A stretch of DNA of 64,000 nucleotides, taken from positions 1,312,001 through 1,376,000 of the forward strand of contig CBDCCK010000002.1 of the NCBI GenBank assembly GCA_965214835.1, in the 5' to 3' direction. Below, piece by piece: positions 9,518 to 20,322 of this stretch. The stretch is from Nitrosopumilaceae archaeon (GTDB lineage Archaea; Thermoproteota; Nitrososphaeria; Nitrososphaerales; Nitrosopumilaceae). The translations under genes were made by a program, and so were the position numbers. Below the pieces are notes generated by a model. It was not told where the DNA came from and searched no databases. It was given only the letters and a program-made list of their open reading frames with translations. Positions within the stretch are counted from its first letter, which is position 1, and every line of letters begins with the position of its first letter.

Positions 9518-10693
9518 ATGGTGTTTAAAAAAGACATTTCCGATCTGACATTTTCAGACATCGAGTCGCTGCAGACCGACAAAATAGCAGAAAGCCACAT
9601 GCTTGACTACAAGCAGGAACTCATTGATGACAAAGATCTGCTAAGGCACGTTGCGGCTTTTGCAAACACGGGGGGAGGGTACATTGTATTTGGAGTAAAA
9701 GAGTCCGGCATGGGAGGCCATCCCGAGTCAATCCCGGGCATTGATGCGTCTGCGATCAACAAGGAAAGAATGGAGCAGATCATACTTGGAAATATCCTGC
9801 CGCGGATACACGTAAGAATGAACACGATAGAGCATAGAGAGGGCGGAAAGCAGGTATTGGTTATGCAAATACCTGACAGCCAATACAAGCCACACTACAG
9901 CAGCAAAACTAACAAGTTTTACAAGAGGTTTGAGTTTGAGGCGGCCTGCATGACGGAGCAGGAGGTATCTGACGCATACAAGAGCCGGTTTCACGCAACG
10001 GAGGAAGTCGAGGGATATCTGGACAGCATAGAAGACATCCTTGGTGACGAGACGAACATACTTGGCGAGATTATCGTAATCCCGTCTTCAATTGACAGGA
10101 GGATGATCGATACGGATGATTACGAGAGATTCGAATGGCTCCGCCCCCGGACCGTCAATCCGGAACCCTCTGGTTGGAACTATGCGGCATCGCATAGTTT
10201 TGTGCCCGGATTACCCGAACCGTTATCTGATGGCATAGAATGTCGTCGCGAAACAGATGGGACTGGGCTTAAACTACACAGGAATGGCTGCATACATTAT
10301 TCCGTGGATTGTGGACAAGAATACGCCGATGAGATTTGGCTGCATGATCGCTTGCTTGCTGTCAGAATACTGCACACACTGAAATTTGCAGTATTGACGT
10401 TATTAAGATACAACTACTTTGGCGATGTAAGGATAAGGGTCAGGCTGAGATCCCGCCATAAACATGTCGAGATTTGGCGTAACTCTGAACCTTCCCCTGG
10501 CGCGTTGGGAAAATTCAAGCAAGATAGAGGCATCCAGGTCGACCGGGAGCTTTCCACGGGGTATCTGGAGTCAAACCCCTGCAGGATCACCGCGTCAATC
10601 ATGAATGAGGTTTTCAACAGCTTTGGCATATGGCGATGTCCGCTATTTGATGAGAACGGAGACATCAAGATGGATGAGTTTTTGATCATATGA
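9518..10693 (+). CDS. AlbA_2 (Schlafen-like) domain protein
   Basis: ESHMLDYKQE, VAAFANTGGGYIVFGVKE and KPHY...FYKR motifs; unknown C-terminal domain. Confidence 0.9.
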   Translation: MVFKKDISDLTFSDIESLQTDKIAESHMLDYKQELIDDKDLLRHVAAFANTGGGYIVFGVKESGMGGHPESIPGIDASAINKERMEQIILGNILPRIHVRMNTIEHREGGKQVLVMQIPDSQYKPHYSSKTNKFYKRFEFEAACMTEQEVSDAYKSRFHATEEVEGYLDSIEDILGDETNILGEIIVIPSSIDRRMIDTDDYERFEWLRPRTVNPEPSGWNYAASHSFVPGLPEPLSDGIECRRETDGTGLKLHRNGCIHYSVDCGQEYADEIWLHDRLLAVRILHTLKFAVLTLLRYNYFGDVRIRVRLRSRHKHVEIWRNSEPSPGALGKFKQDRGIQVDRELSTGYLESNPCRITASIMNEVFNSFGIWRCPLFDENGDIKMDEFLII

Positions 10694-10695
10694 TG

Positions 10696-10787
10696 GTACG
10701 AGGTCACCTACCCCCATCAGTCAGGCACGAATTAGATGCATGGTTGTGATTTTCGTGCCTAGCTAACAAGGGGACGTGACCACATAC
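10696..10787. mobile_element. MITE family A (92 bp), 8-bp TSD ATATGATG
   Basis: TIRs gtacgaggtcacctacccc / ggggacgtgaccacatac; TSD at 10688-10695 and 10788-10795. Confidence 0.9.
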
Positions 10788-10847
10788 ATATGATGTATAC
10801 CACAGTGGATATCATTGCCGGGGGGCCTGACTCCTAGTGGAAACGGA

Positions 10848-11600
10848 ATGGCATCCAAGCTTGTAGATGACAGTGCCCAGTATGCCGATCTGATAATGAG
10901 CGTCGGCGTGCAGGGAAACCCAGTCAAGGGAGACCGGCCCCTGACCCCGATCGAGGTCGCACGGCAGATTGAAAGAATGATCAAGGAGAACAACGAGCCC
11001 CTGCACGAGACGGCGCGGCGGCTCGGCTTGGGCAGGGGCAAGACCGGCGATGCCTACCGGAGGGAGGATACTACACAACTCAGGTGCTTTCTGAACCTCC
11101 TGAGGCTTTCCCCGCGCAGCAGCATGGCACTGGGATTTGGCAGGTCGGATCCGGGACGAATCGCCTTTTCCACTGCAGCAGAGATAGCAAAGCTGGAAAG
11201 CCACCACGAGCAGGACATGGTAATCCAGTCCTCCATGGATCACGGCATAACAAAGGAGGAGGCACAGAAGATAGTCCGGCTGAGAAGGGAGCACAGGGAC
11301 ATCCCCATAGGGGAGTGCATAGAGCGGATCCTCAAGATCAGGCCGGTAAAAACGGTGGTCAACGTGGCATGCTGCACGCTGGATCAGGGGCTCTACGATC
11401 CCGTGGCCTCCGATACGGACGGGATTGCAAAGGGGCTGTCAGGCCTGCTCGGCGGAAAGATCCACGGGATAAGGGTCAGGGGCCGGATAATCATGATACG
11501 CATGGACGACGATTCGTTTGCAGCACTGAACCGCGAGACGAAGAGGCATCAGGTGACGCTCTCCCAATACGTGAACTCTCTCATAGCGAAGCTGGCATAA
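10848..11600 (+). CDS. Hypothetical DNA-binding protein (ParB-like HTH region)
   Basis: LTPIEVARQIERM...ETARRLGL...FLNLLRL resembles the Spo0J/ParB HTH segment. Confidence 0.65.
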   Translation: MASKLVDDSAQYADLIMSVGVQGNPVKGDRPLTPIEVARQIERMIKENNEPLHETARRLGLGRGKTGDAYRREDTTQLRCFLNLLRLSPRSSMALGFGRSDPGRIAFSTAAEIAKLESHHEQDMVIQSSMDHGITKEEAQKIVRLRREHRDIPIGECIERILKIRPVKTVVNVACCTLDQGLYDPVASDTDGIAKGLSGLLGGKIHGIRVRGRIIMIRMDDDSFAALNRETKRHQVTLSQYVNSLIAKLA

Positions 11601-11690
11601 GACGAGTGGCCGGTGCAGGTATGTCAGCATGCCAAACAGGCGCAACCGTGACTGTCTTATCCTGCTTGACTGCAGTCCATCACGCAAAGG

Positions 11691-12141
11691 ATGTGCGAGA
11701 CGATCATCGAAAAGACAGGTGATTCCAAATCCGTAGTTGTAAGGTCAAGTCGCGGCACCCTGCAGGAGATAATCTGGGAGATGGAGTCGCGGCACAGAAG
11801 GGTACACGACGATGTAGTGTTTGTGGCAGACAAAGGGGGAGATCGACGTCCTTGCCGCCATATACGATACAGGCGCAGAAGGCGGCATCCGCAGGATATT
11901 CAGGCGCAACTCTGTCGAGGCGTATGAGGTGATGTCCGGGGACGCGACATGCGTCATGTTTGCGTCCAGCCTGCAATATGACGCCAATGCAGACGGCTGG
12001 TTTGCCGTATATGTTGGTAGGTGCAGGTTCAGCCATGAGACGCCGGGGATAATCGACACGGGCAACGGCATACGGTGCAGCCTGTCGGCGCATGCAAGCT
12101 ATCCAGACATAATCCGGTTCATACGCGACGTGGATCCGTAG
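11691..12141 (+). pseudogene. Hypothetical protein, frameshifted near 11820
   Basis: ORFs 11691..11927 and 11821..12141 overlap in different frames, each protein-like on its own side of the junction. Confidence 0.45.
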
Positions 12142-12287
12142 CTTGTCCTTGTGGACTCGTCAGGGAGCAGGTGTGCCGCAACCCTGGCCGAGCGGATACG
12201 GGAGGAACTAGGGATAAACGGAGGCGTCCTGAGGCTGTACTATATACGAGACGGCATACCCAAATACCAGTGCTGGAGAAAGAGAAG

Positions 12288-12491
12288 ATGACCACGCGTA
12301 ATTCCTCCAACCAAAAGACGTTCAAGAACACGTTTGCGCCCCACATAAGAAATGAGACGCTGGATGTTCAGGCCATAGTGGCAGGGCTGCGGACAACACT
12401 CATCCACTCCGAGGATCTGCCCGAAGAGGTACAGGATGCAGTAGAGGCCGAGCTAGAAAGGCTTGCAAAGACCAAGCAGAGCAGGGTATGA
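12288..12491 (+). CDS. Small hypothetical protein
   Basis: MTTRNSSNQKTF...LPEEVQDAVEAELERL, helical; preceded by GGAG. Confidence 0.45.
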   Translation: MTTRNSSNQKTFKNTFAPHIRNETLDVQAIVAGLRTTLIHSEDLPEEVQDAVEAELERLAKTKQSRV

Positions 12492-12641
12492 TCCACAGTC
12501 TACAGATGTAGATGTTCATGGCAACCGCCGGTAACGGCCTTGGTTCTGCCGGTGTGCCGTCTCACAATGCAGCCGCGTTTCAAATTTTTCGATGAGAATA
12601 CCATGCGGTACAGCATAAAGCCGGTTTCGTTCCCACATTGT

Positions 12642-13119
12642 GTGGTGGCTACGATGATTATAATGGCAGGCATCCCGGGCTCGGGCAAGACCACGCTTGC
12701 AAAGGCGCAATACCCCGGATTCGAGAGGGTCTCCCTTGATGACATATGGCTACTGCCCGCAGGGGAGAGGCGCAGGCTACTGGAGGCATCGCGCTCCCAT
12801 GCCGACATTGTGCCCGACACGAGCAGAGGGCGGCGCATGGAGCATGTCCTGATAGGGCATGTACTGGAGAAAGGCAGGGACATCGTGGTCAACGACACCA
12901 ACACGACGGCGGAGATACGCTCAGCCCACATAGCACACGCCTAAGTACGGCTACGACATACACGACGTCTCCTTTTACAACTTTGATGCTGCCGTAGACA
13001 GGAACCGACAGCGGAGTGGAAGGGAGCGCGTTCCCGATGCGGCAGTCGCGGCCAAGCGCAGCGAGTTTGAGCCGCCCAAAATCGAGGAGGGTTTTGAGTC
13101 TGTCCGCGTCATATTCTAG
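12642..13119 (+). pseudogene. AAA_33 / polynucleotide-kinase-like P-loop kinase, frameshifted at about 12942
   Basis: GIPGSGKTT Walker A and VVNDTN; the shifted frame continues KYGYDI...RNRQRSGRERVPD...FEPPKIEEGF to a stop at 13119. Confidence 0.8.
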
Positions 13120-13263
13120 ATGAAAAAACGCCGCATCTCCCAGAATCCGTCCCAGGCGGCACAAGCCCGCCGGCAGACCCGCACAATCTCAATCCCCGCA
13201 AAACTCGATATACGGGCTCAAAATTAAGATTTAACGCTTGAAGAGCGCCTGCATTTTAATCGC

Positions 13264-13660
13264 ATGCCTCCTGGCTTGAGGGGGAGGGAGCACCGCAGGC
13301 TCTTCCGTACATACGAGAAAAAATTTGACAGGTACGACCTTTACCTCAGGGTGCCGGTATACAACGTGGGCAAGGTCTACGTTATAATGGACGCCTCCCC
13401 GGTACACACGGCTGGGGTGATCCGTGATTACATCAGAGAAGAGGATCGCCTGAGGGTCACGCATGTACCGACTGCAACGCTGGGGGTCAGCGCCATGGAA
13501 AATTACTGGAACAAGTTAAAGAGGGATGTGTTGGTCTCCGAGTATTATTCTGCGTTTGAGGATGTGAGGCGTGCGCTGCCAGAATATCTGAGGACGTCTC
13601 GTACTCAGCTTGACGTCAGAAGATTCATCGGTGGGGGTTTGATACTGTTCAAGAGCTTGC
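13264..13660 (+). pseudogene. IS630-family transposase C-terminal remnant
   Basis: YVIMDASPVH...HVPTAT...AMENYWNKLK is a degenerate DDE_3 motif. Confidence 0.8.
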
Positions 13661-13813
13661 ATGATCTGCAGTATGTCTGCCGGGGGAGTGGGAGTGCTAC
13701 CACGTACGAGCTGGCAGTCAAAGCAATCAAGCAAACACATCAAATGAAGGCGAGCAGTCTGAAAGTCCAAACATGGGAGGCATTCATCCCCTGAGGGTGG
13801 CAGAAACCTCCGG

Positions 13814-14356
13814 TCAACCATTCTTTTGTTCTGCCATGGCTGCCAGCTTTCTCAGTTCATCGTCATCCCACCTTGACAAACTCTCCAGCTCCTGCTTTGT
13901 AATGCCGTAGCCTATATCCATCGCAGCCTTTAGCGCTGATTTTCTTACCTCCGCATCGTCGTCTGCAAAGCAGTCACGGATTTCTTTCTCGGCCCCTGCC
14001 GCCTTTAGATGTCCCAGCGCGCCCAGCGCGCAGGATCTTACCGCAGCACTCTGATCCTTGGTCAGTCTCCTTAGCGGCTCAGCTGCACCTGCAGACTTTC
14101 TGTTTCCCAAGATTAACGACGTAAAGGCCCGTACGTTCTTCTCATCATCATTTAGCGAGTCAATCAGCACCCTGGAAATGTCGTTTTTGTTCAGTACAAG
14201 CGCGCTGAATGCCTCCCCCCTGACCTCGATATCCGGATCATTTAGCAGGGAGATTGTTTTTTTGATCACCGGTATTTCCGCTGTCTGGGACACTGACTCT
14301 AAAATGTCGATTTTTTCCTGTTTTGGGACCTCGTGGATTTCTTCAATACTGCGCAT
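13814..14356 (-). CDS. HEAT-repeat protein
   Basis: Repeated L.D.D..VR..A...L motifs. Confidence 0.9.
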   Translation of the reverse strand: MRSIEEIHEVPKQEKIDILESVSQTAEIPVIKKTISLLNDPDIEVRGEAFSALVLNKNDISRVLIDSLNDDEKNVRAFTSLILGNRKSAGAAEPLRRLTKDQSAAVRSCALGALGHLKAAGAEKEIRDCFADDDAEVRKSALKAAMDIGYGITKQELESLSRWDDDELRKLAAMAEQKNG

Positions 14357-14399
14357 TCCTTATGGCCTTATGGGGCCCGCTATTTTTCATAAAACTTTC

Positions 14400-14492
14400 G
14401 TATGAGGTCACGTCCCCTTGCTAGCTAGGCACGAAAATCATAATTGTACCTGCCAATTCATGCCTGATTGATAGGGGTAGGTGACCTCGTAC
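14400..14492. mobile_element. MITE family A, 8-bp TSD AAACTTTC
   Basis: Reverse orientation; TSD at 14392-14399 and 14493-14500; lies between the divergent HEAT and alba genes. Confidence 0.9.
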
Positions 14493-14556
14493 AAACTTTC
14501 CTTTTGCGCAAAAAACCCATTTTAACTTTAAATTATCCTCAAACGCTAGTATGCCT

Positions 14557-14844
14557 ATGTCAAACGAAGCAAGAGACACCATATTCATAGGCAAAAAGCC
14601 GTTGATGGCATATGTCACATCGACATTGATTCAACTGGCAAACCTGCCTGCCGTGAACATCAAGGCTAGGGGTCTCAGCATTGGCCGTGCTGTAGACGTA
14701 GCTCAGATCATCTCACGAAAGACGGAAAATGCCGGATACTCTATTGGCAACATCAGCATCGGTTCTGAAACCCTAGAGTCCAAGGACGGCAAGTCAAGAA
14801 ACGTTTCCACAATCGAAATTGAAGTGAAGAGAAACGCAGTGTAA
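14557..14844 (+). CDS. albA: DNA/RNA-binding protein Alba
   Basis: IFIGKKPLMAYV, IKARGLSIGRAVDVA, RNVSTIEI. Confidence 0.95.
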   Translation: MSNEARDTIFIGKKPLMAYVTSTLIQLANLPAVNIKARGLSIGRAVDVAQIISRKTENAGYSIGNISIGSETLESKDGKSRNVSTIEIEVKRNAV

Positions 14845-14865
14845 TTGCGTACACTTGAATTTTTT

Positions 14866-15729
14866 TTATCTTTTTGACCCTCCGTACCTGTCCTCTAATT
14901 CCCTGAACTTGCCCAATCCGACGATGTCATTGAACTGATCAAAGCTCACAACCCGCCTGCCTGCCTTTGCCGTCGTGCCGGTTTTTTTCAGCTCGGCTAG
15001 AATCTCCACCGTCGCGTATGTGTTTGCGTACAGTACCGACAGCGGATACAGCACAACATTGAATCCCATCCTGTAAAGCTTTTCTGCGGGACTAATCGGG
15101 GTTGCCCCTCCCTCTATCATGTTGGCAACAAGCGGCGCGCTAATCGACCTTCCGATTTTTTTCATTTCGTCCACGCTTCTGGGGGCCTCGACAAAGATCG
15201 CATCTGCCCCGGTTTTTTTATTCTGCAGCCCCCTCTCAATGGCAGCATCAAGCCCCTCAGTCGCCCTGGCATCGGTTCTTGCGACAATGACAAAGTCCTT
15301 TCCCTCCCTTGCATCTAGCGCGGCCCCGAGCTTTTCGGTGTACTCCTCCTGTGACGTGACCTCCTTTCCCTGCATGTGGCCACAGCGCTTTGGCCACCTC
15401 TGATCCTCTAAGAACATTCCAGATGCACCTGCAGCCTCCAGCTCCTTTACCAGCCTCCACACGCTTAGCGCATTGCCGTAACCTGTATCTGCGTCTACGA
15501 TTACCGGGACAGAGGAGGCCCTGCATATCCGTCTTGCATTCTCGATTGTTTCTGCCGCTCCTATGAACCCATAGTCGGGCATGCCAAGCAGCGCAGCTGA
15601 CGTCCCGTATCCCGTCTGAAACATGGCAGAAAACCCGATCCTGTCTGCAATCTTTGCACTCATTGCGTCAAAGACCCCCGGAATCACAAGCGGCTTTTTC
15701 TGCCTGAGCATCAAGCGAAGCGACTTCAC
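14866..15729 (-). CDS. Isocitrate lyase/PEP mutase family enzyme (methylisocitrate lyase-like)
   Basis: DADTGYG, EDQRWPKRCGH, VARTDA. Confidence 0.92.
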   Translation of the reverse strand: MKSLRLMLRQKKPLVIPGVFDAMSAKIADRIGFSAMFQTGYGTSAALLGMPDYGFIGAAETIENARRICRASSVPVIVDADTGYGNALSVWRLVKELEAAGASGMFLEDQRWPKRCGHMQGKEVTSQEEYTEKLGAALDAREGKDFVIVARTDARATEGLDAAIERGLQNKKTGADAIFVEAPRSVDEMKKIGRSISAPLVANMIEGGATPISPAEKLYRMGFNVVLYPLSVLYANTYATVEILAELKKTGTTAKAGRRVVSFDQFNDIVGLGKFRELEDRYGGSKR

Positions 15730-15974
15730 ACTGTCTGGTACGGATTGAGTTATTTATCGCTTTAAAACCAGCCTTGCCCCCTGCCCTGCAAGCACCACCT
15801 AAAATCCGACATAGGCCGTAGTCGTCTTTGCGTGCCAAATCCCTGGACGCCCCGCCGGAAGACCCATAGCTCATTGACAGGAACAGCCTCCATGTTGTGT
15901 GATGTGTGTTGGGCGAGCCGAGCACCTTGCACTGCTTGATGACAAACTTCCAGCCGTGCATTCCTGCCCGGAAA

Positions 15975-16484
15975 TCAGTCTATTTTGATCTCCCTGCCCT
16001 TCCTCTTTGTAGCCTTTTCCTCTAGCTTGCCAAGCTCGGTCTTTAGGAATTTCCTGTACTTTCTGGTTTCCTCCTCGGTCATGTTTGCAACATTGGAGCT
16101 TAGCATTGATCCCATGGTGGAGATCTTCTCTAGCAGATCCATTGCAACAAACCTTCCTACGTTGCCTATTCTGAACAGAACGTCGGTATGCTTTTTGACA
16201 ATGTCGTTGATTTTATCCACATCCTCTGCAGTGGCCCTCCCCTTCCTGGTCAGCTGGCACTTTCCCTCCTTTGTCTCCTCGATCAGTCCCTCGTCTAGCA
16301 GGCGGCCTAGCAGCGGATAAATCAGGCCGGGAGATGGCTTCCAGATTCCACTGCTTTGCTCTACCGCATGGTCTATGATCTCTTTTCCTGTATGCGGCTT
16401 TTCTTTTAACAGCTCTAGGATAAAATACCTAGAGAATCCCCTTGGCACCGAAGAGCCTACCCTTTGAAACCAGTCTCCAACCAT
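15975..16484 (-). CDS. PadR-family transcriptional regulator
   Basis: ILELL...G.EII...WKPSPGLIYPLLGRL winged helix. Confidence 0.9.
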   Translation of the reverse strand: MVGDWFQRVGSSVPRGFSRYFILELLKEKPHTGKEIIDHAVEQSSGIWKPSPGLIYPLLGRLLDEGLIEETKEGKCQLTRKGRATAEDVDKINDIVKKHTDVLFRIGNVGRFVAMDLLEKISTMGSMLSSNVANMTEEETRKYRKFLKTELGKLEEKATKRKGREIKID

Positions 16485-16681
16485 CACTAGTGATATCACT
16501 AGCGATAATATTAACCATTCGCCGGGTTTTCAGGATCTTGCCGCCCGGACGGCACTTGCCGGCTAGGGCCCTGACCATCATATGACCACCGCGCCATATA
16601 ACGGGGCAGGGGCAAGCTCTTGCGGCATTTAGGCACGAAATATTACATATTTAACTCTGCGATGTCAAGACTGACTCAATC

Positions 16682-18394
16682 ATGGTCGACTTTATCGAAT
16701 ATGACTTGATTATCTGCGGCTCCGGCCTTGCCGGGCTGCGTGCTGCAATCTCTGCTGCAAAAAAGGCACCGCACCTGAAAATCGCAGTCGTATCAAAGGT
16801 GCAGGTAATGCGCTCCCACTCCGTCTCTGCAGAGGGCGGCACTGCGGCAGTATTGTTCGAAGACGAGGGGGATACCATCGAGTCGCACATTTATGATACC
16901 GTAAAGGGAAGCGACTTTTTGGCCGATCAGGACGTGGCCGAACGGCTCTGCAAGGAGATGCCAAGGGAGGTATACCAGCTGGACCGGTGGGGAATGCCCT
17001 GGTCGCGGCGAAAAAACGGCAGGATTGACCAGCGCGCCTTTGGCGGGTACAGCTTTCCCAGGGCGACCTATGCGTCTGACAAGGTCGGGTTCTTTGAGAT
17101 GCAGACCCTGTACGACACGTGCCAGAGGTTTGAGAACATAGAATACCTCAACGAGTGGTTTGTGACCTCCATCGTACACAACGGCAAAAAGTTCCAGGGG
17201 GTAACTGCCATCGAGATGTCGTCTGGAACGTTTTATGCAATCAAGGGCAGGGCGCTAATCATTGCAACCGGCGGCGCCGGCAGGCTTTACAGCTTTTCAA
17301 CCTATGCGCTGTCCTCGACCCCCGACGGCCTGGACATGGCGTTCCGGGCCGGTCTTGCGCTCAAGGACATGGAGTTTGTCCAGTTCCACCCTACCGGAAT
17401 CCTGCCCTCCGGAATTTTGATTACCGAGGGCGCCAGGGGGGAGGGCGGCCACCTGATAAACAGCGAGGGCGAGCGATTCATGAAAAAATACGCGGCCGGA
17501 AAGATGGAGCTGGCCCCGAGGGATATCGTCTCCCGATCCGTCATCACCGAAATCAACGAGGGCCGCGGATTCAAGCACGAGACCGGGGTCGACTGCATGA
17601 AGCTGGATCTCAGGCACGTCGGAGACGAGGTGATCAGGGAAAAACTCGGGGGCATCAGGGAGATCTCAATCAAGTTTTCGGGAATTGACCCTGCCGAGGA
17701 GATGCTGGATATCCGGCCCGTATGCCACTATATGATGGGCGGAATCCACTCGGATATTGACGGGGCAACCGAGCTCCGGGGCGTGTGGACCGCAGGAGAG
17801 GCTGCCTGCAACAGCACCCACGGCTCCAACAGGCTGGGCGCAAACTCCACTTCCGAGTGCATAGTGTGGGGAAGGATCACAGGCGAGCTTGCAGCCGAGT
17901 ACGCATCCGGCCAGAGCTCCGGCGACGAATGGCCGCACCACCTCGTTGCAGCAGAGGAGAAGAGAATCTATGACGGGATCTTCCGCGGCCACGGTGATGC
18001 CAACCCGTACGAGGTAAGGCAGGAGCTGACCGACATCCTAAACGAAAAGGCGTACGTCTACAGGGACGAGGCCGGCCTCCTGGATGGCCTGAGGCGGCTC
18101 CGCCATCTGCGTGATATGACGTGGAAGCACGTCGATGACGGGGCAAAAGAGTACAACACTAACTTTACTAATGTCATGGAGCTAGACTCTATGTTTAGGG
18201 TGGCTGAGGTTGTCTTGGTAGGCGCAATCAACAGAAAAGAGTCCCGCGGAGGTCATGCCAGAACCGACTATCCAAAGCGGGACGATGCAAACTTTTTGCA
18301 CCACACCCTTGCATACCATGACACCGCAGAGCCCATAATGAAGACGTTTCCGGTGACCATTACAAACTACCAGCCTGTGGAGAGAAGGTACTGA
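16682..18394 (+). CDS. sdhA: Succinate dehydrogenase flavoprotein subunit
   Basis: GSGLAG, RSHSVSAEGG, QFHPTG, HGSNRLGANS. Confidence 0.97.
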   Translation: MVDFIEYDLIICGSGLAGLRAAISAAKKAPHLKIAVVSKVQVMRSHSVSAEGGTAAVLFEDEGDTIESHIYDTVKGSDFLADQDVAERLCKEMPREVYQLDRWGMPWSRRKNGRIDQRAFGGYSFPRATYASDKVGFFEMQTLYDTCQRFENIEYLNEWFVTSIVHNGKKFQGVTAIEMSSGTFYAIKGRALIIATGGAGRLYSFSTYALSSTPDGLDMAFRAGLALKDMEFVQFHPTGILPSGILITEGARGEGGHLINSEGERFMKKYAAGKMELAPRDIVSRSVITEINEGRGFKHETGVDCMKLDLRHVGDEVIREKLGGIREISIKFSGIDPAEEMLDIRPVCHYMMGGIHSDIDGATELRGVWTAGEAACNSTHGSNRLGANSTSECIVWGRITGELAAEYASGQSSGDEWPHHLVAAEEKRIYDGIFRGHGDANPYEVRQELTDILNEKAYVYRDEAGLLDGLRRLRHLRDMTWKHVDDGAKEYNTNFTNVMELDSMFRVAEVVLVGAINRKESRGGHARTDYPKRDDANFLHHTLAYHDTAEPIMKTFPVTITNYQPVERRY

Positions 18395-18837
18395 TGGCAG
18401 ACAACGACAGGAGAAAGGAGGGAATCCGGGGGATGGCCAACCCCGGCCGCTTTGGGATAGAGCGCGTTGCCTACTGGCTGATGCGCCTGACCGGCCTGGG
18501 CCTGCTGGGATACTTTATAGCGCACATTTATGAGACAAGCAACATTCTGCAGGGAAAGATGGGATGGCAGGAGTTTCTGGACATGACACAGACGACGGAG
18601 GGACACGTCTTTATGACACTGGTAATCGGAATGTGCGTCTTTCACACGGTCAACGGGATACGCATAATGCTGGGCCACGGCGGCGTAGGCGTTGGAAGGC
18701 CGGCAAGGCCCGACTATCCGTACGAGCCCGCATCCCAAAACTACAGGCACAAGATAGGCATCTATTCTGCCATAGTCCTTGCCGCAGTTGCCATGATGTA
18801 CGGCATGGCAGTAATGTTTGGTGAGCCGCATGCGTGA
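18394..18837 (+). CDS. sdhC: Succinate dehydrogenase membrane subunit C
   Basis: Three TM helices, FHTVNGIR; operon position. Confidence 0.9.
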   Translation: MADNDRRKEGIRGMANPGRFGIERVAYWLMRLTGLGLLGYFIAHIYETSNILQGKMGWQEFLDMTQTTEGHVFMTLVIGMCVFHTVNGIRIMLGHGGVGVGRPARPDYPYEPASQNYRHKIGIYSAIVLAAVAMMYGMAVMFGEPHA

Positions 18838-19177
18838 GAGCATAATAATGAAAGTCCACTACGGCACCGCCCTGGCAGCCGTGGCATTCGTCGCAGTCCA
18901 CATCCTGATGAGGCTCACGCAGGGCGGATACGCCGAATCCCTCGAGTACGAGAGCGTGATTGCAAACTATCAGTTCATCCCGTATGCCGGCATGCTTGAG
19001 ATAATCTTGGTGCTGCTCTCAATACACGGCTTTAACGGCCTGCGCGTGATCCTGCTGGAGCTAAGACAGGGCAGGGTTTATGAAAAGGCAGTCTCGTATG
19101 GGTGTGTGGCCGGCATGGTGGCATTAATAGCATACGGTTCTAGGACAATCATTATGACCAGCATGGGGATGGTATGA
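18830..19177 (+). CDS. sdhD: Succinate dehydrogenase membrane anchor D
   Basis: Three TM helices, HGFNGLR; operon position. Confidence 0.9.
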   Translation: MRESIIMKVHYGTALAAVAFVAVHILMRLTQGGYAESLEYESVIANYQFIPYAGMLEIILVLLSIHGFNGLRVILLELRQGRVYEKAVSYGCVAGMVALIAYGSRTIIMTSMGMV

Positions 19178-19950
19178 GCATGGCACAGGCATCTGGCATC
19201 GCAGAGGAGCAGGCAGACTCTCATGTCTCCCCGTCGCAGAACGTCACGCTTCGGATAGCGCGGTACAACCCCGAGGTCGATGACGAGTCCCGGTTCATGG
19301 AGTTTAGCGTTCCGTACGAGAGGTGGACCACCGTGCTTGAGGCAATCCTAGAGGTCAAAAAGCACCTTGATCACTCCGTTGCGGTCCGCTATTCGTGCAG
19401 GCAGGCAACATGCGGCTCCTGCGGAATGATAATCAACGGCAAGCCGAGACTTGCGTGCTTTACCAAGATAAGCGAGCTGGAATCCGACGTCGTGACCGTA
19501 GAGCCGATGAATAACTTTCCCATAGTCCGTGATCTGGCCGTAAGGTTTGAGAGGATGTTTGACTCCCACCACAGGATCAAGCCGTACCTGATCCGCGACG
19601 GCGATGACGAGGCAGACTACGGCACCCGGGAGCTTTTGCAGACCCCGGAGGAGCACGAGCGGTACATCCAGTTTGCAAACTGCATAAAGTGCGGCCTGTG
19701 CAACTCGGCATGCCCGACGATGGCCACCGACTCGTCGTTTGTCGGCCCGCAGGCCCTTGCCCAGGCGTACCGGTATGCCGCAGACAGCAGGGACAAGGGA
19801 AAAGACGAGCGACTCAGGGTAATCGACGAGTCCCATGGAATCTGGAGATGCCACTTTGCGGGCTCTTGCAGCCAGGTCTGCCCCAAGGGGGTCGATCCCG
19901 CAATGGGAATCCAGCTGCTCAGGGGATACATGCTGGGATTCGGGGGATAG
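19174..19950 (+). CDS. sdhB: Succinate dehydrogenase Fe-S subunit
   Basis: SCRQATCGSC, CIKCGLCNSACP, CHFAGSCSQVCP. Confidence 0.97.
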   Translation: MSMAQASGIAEEQADSHVSPSQNVTLRIARYNPEVDDESRFMEFSVPYERWTTVLEAILEVKKHLDHSVAVRYSCRQATCGSCGMIINGKPRLACFTKISELESDVVTVEPMNNFPIVRDLAVRFERMFDSHHRIKPYLIRDGDDEADYGTRELLQTPEEHERYIQFANCIKCGLCNSACPTMATDSSFVGPQALAQAYRYAADSRDKGKDERLRVIDESHGIWRCHFAGSCSQVCPKGVDPAMGIQLLRGYMLGFGG

Positions 19951-19952
19951 TC

Positions 19953-20273
19953 TTAGGCCTTTTTTGGGTTGGGGCTGTTGTTTACCTGGTTGTTGATCTG
20001 CTCTGCCATAAAGTGGTTTGAGACGTTTACCTTTACGTCATCGACGCCGTCTATCCTTAGAAGGTTGTCGTGAATGTCCTGACAGATCTTGAATCCGAAC
20101 ACCGCAGGACAAAACGGGCTTGTCAGGTGCAGATCCACCCTGACATTGGACTGATCAATGTCTACCTCGTCAATTAGTTCCAGCTCTGTGATTGTGGTGT
20201 TGATTTCCGGATCAACTATCTGGGAGAGCTCGTCGAAAATCTTTACCCTCAGCTGCTTGATGTCTTGGGACAT
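19953..20273 (-). CDS. SufT/DUF59 metal-sulfur cluster assembly factor
   Basis: DPEI...ELELI...LTSPFCP motif. Confidence 0.9.
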   Translation of the reverse strand: MSQDIKQLRVKIFDELSQIVDPEINTTITELELIDEVDIDQSNVRVDLHLTSPFCPAVFGFKICQDIHDNLLRIDGVDDVKVNVSNHFMAEQINNQVNNSPNPKKA

Positions 20274-20322
20274 AACGGCCAAATCGTCTATGCTATATAT
20301 AACCATTCTAGAACGTATGGTG

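Noticed and set aside
20158-20322. Ser-rich N-terminal extension of ArgH
   Set aside because: It is antisense to the SufT gene; the real start is near 20323.
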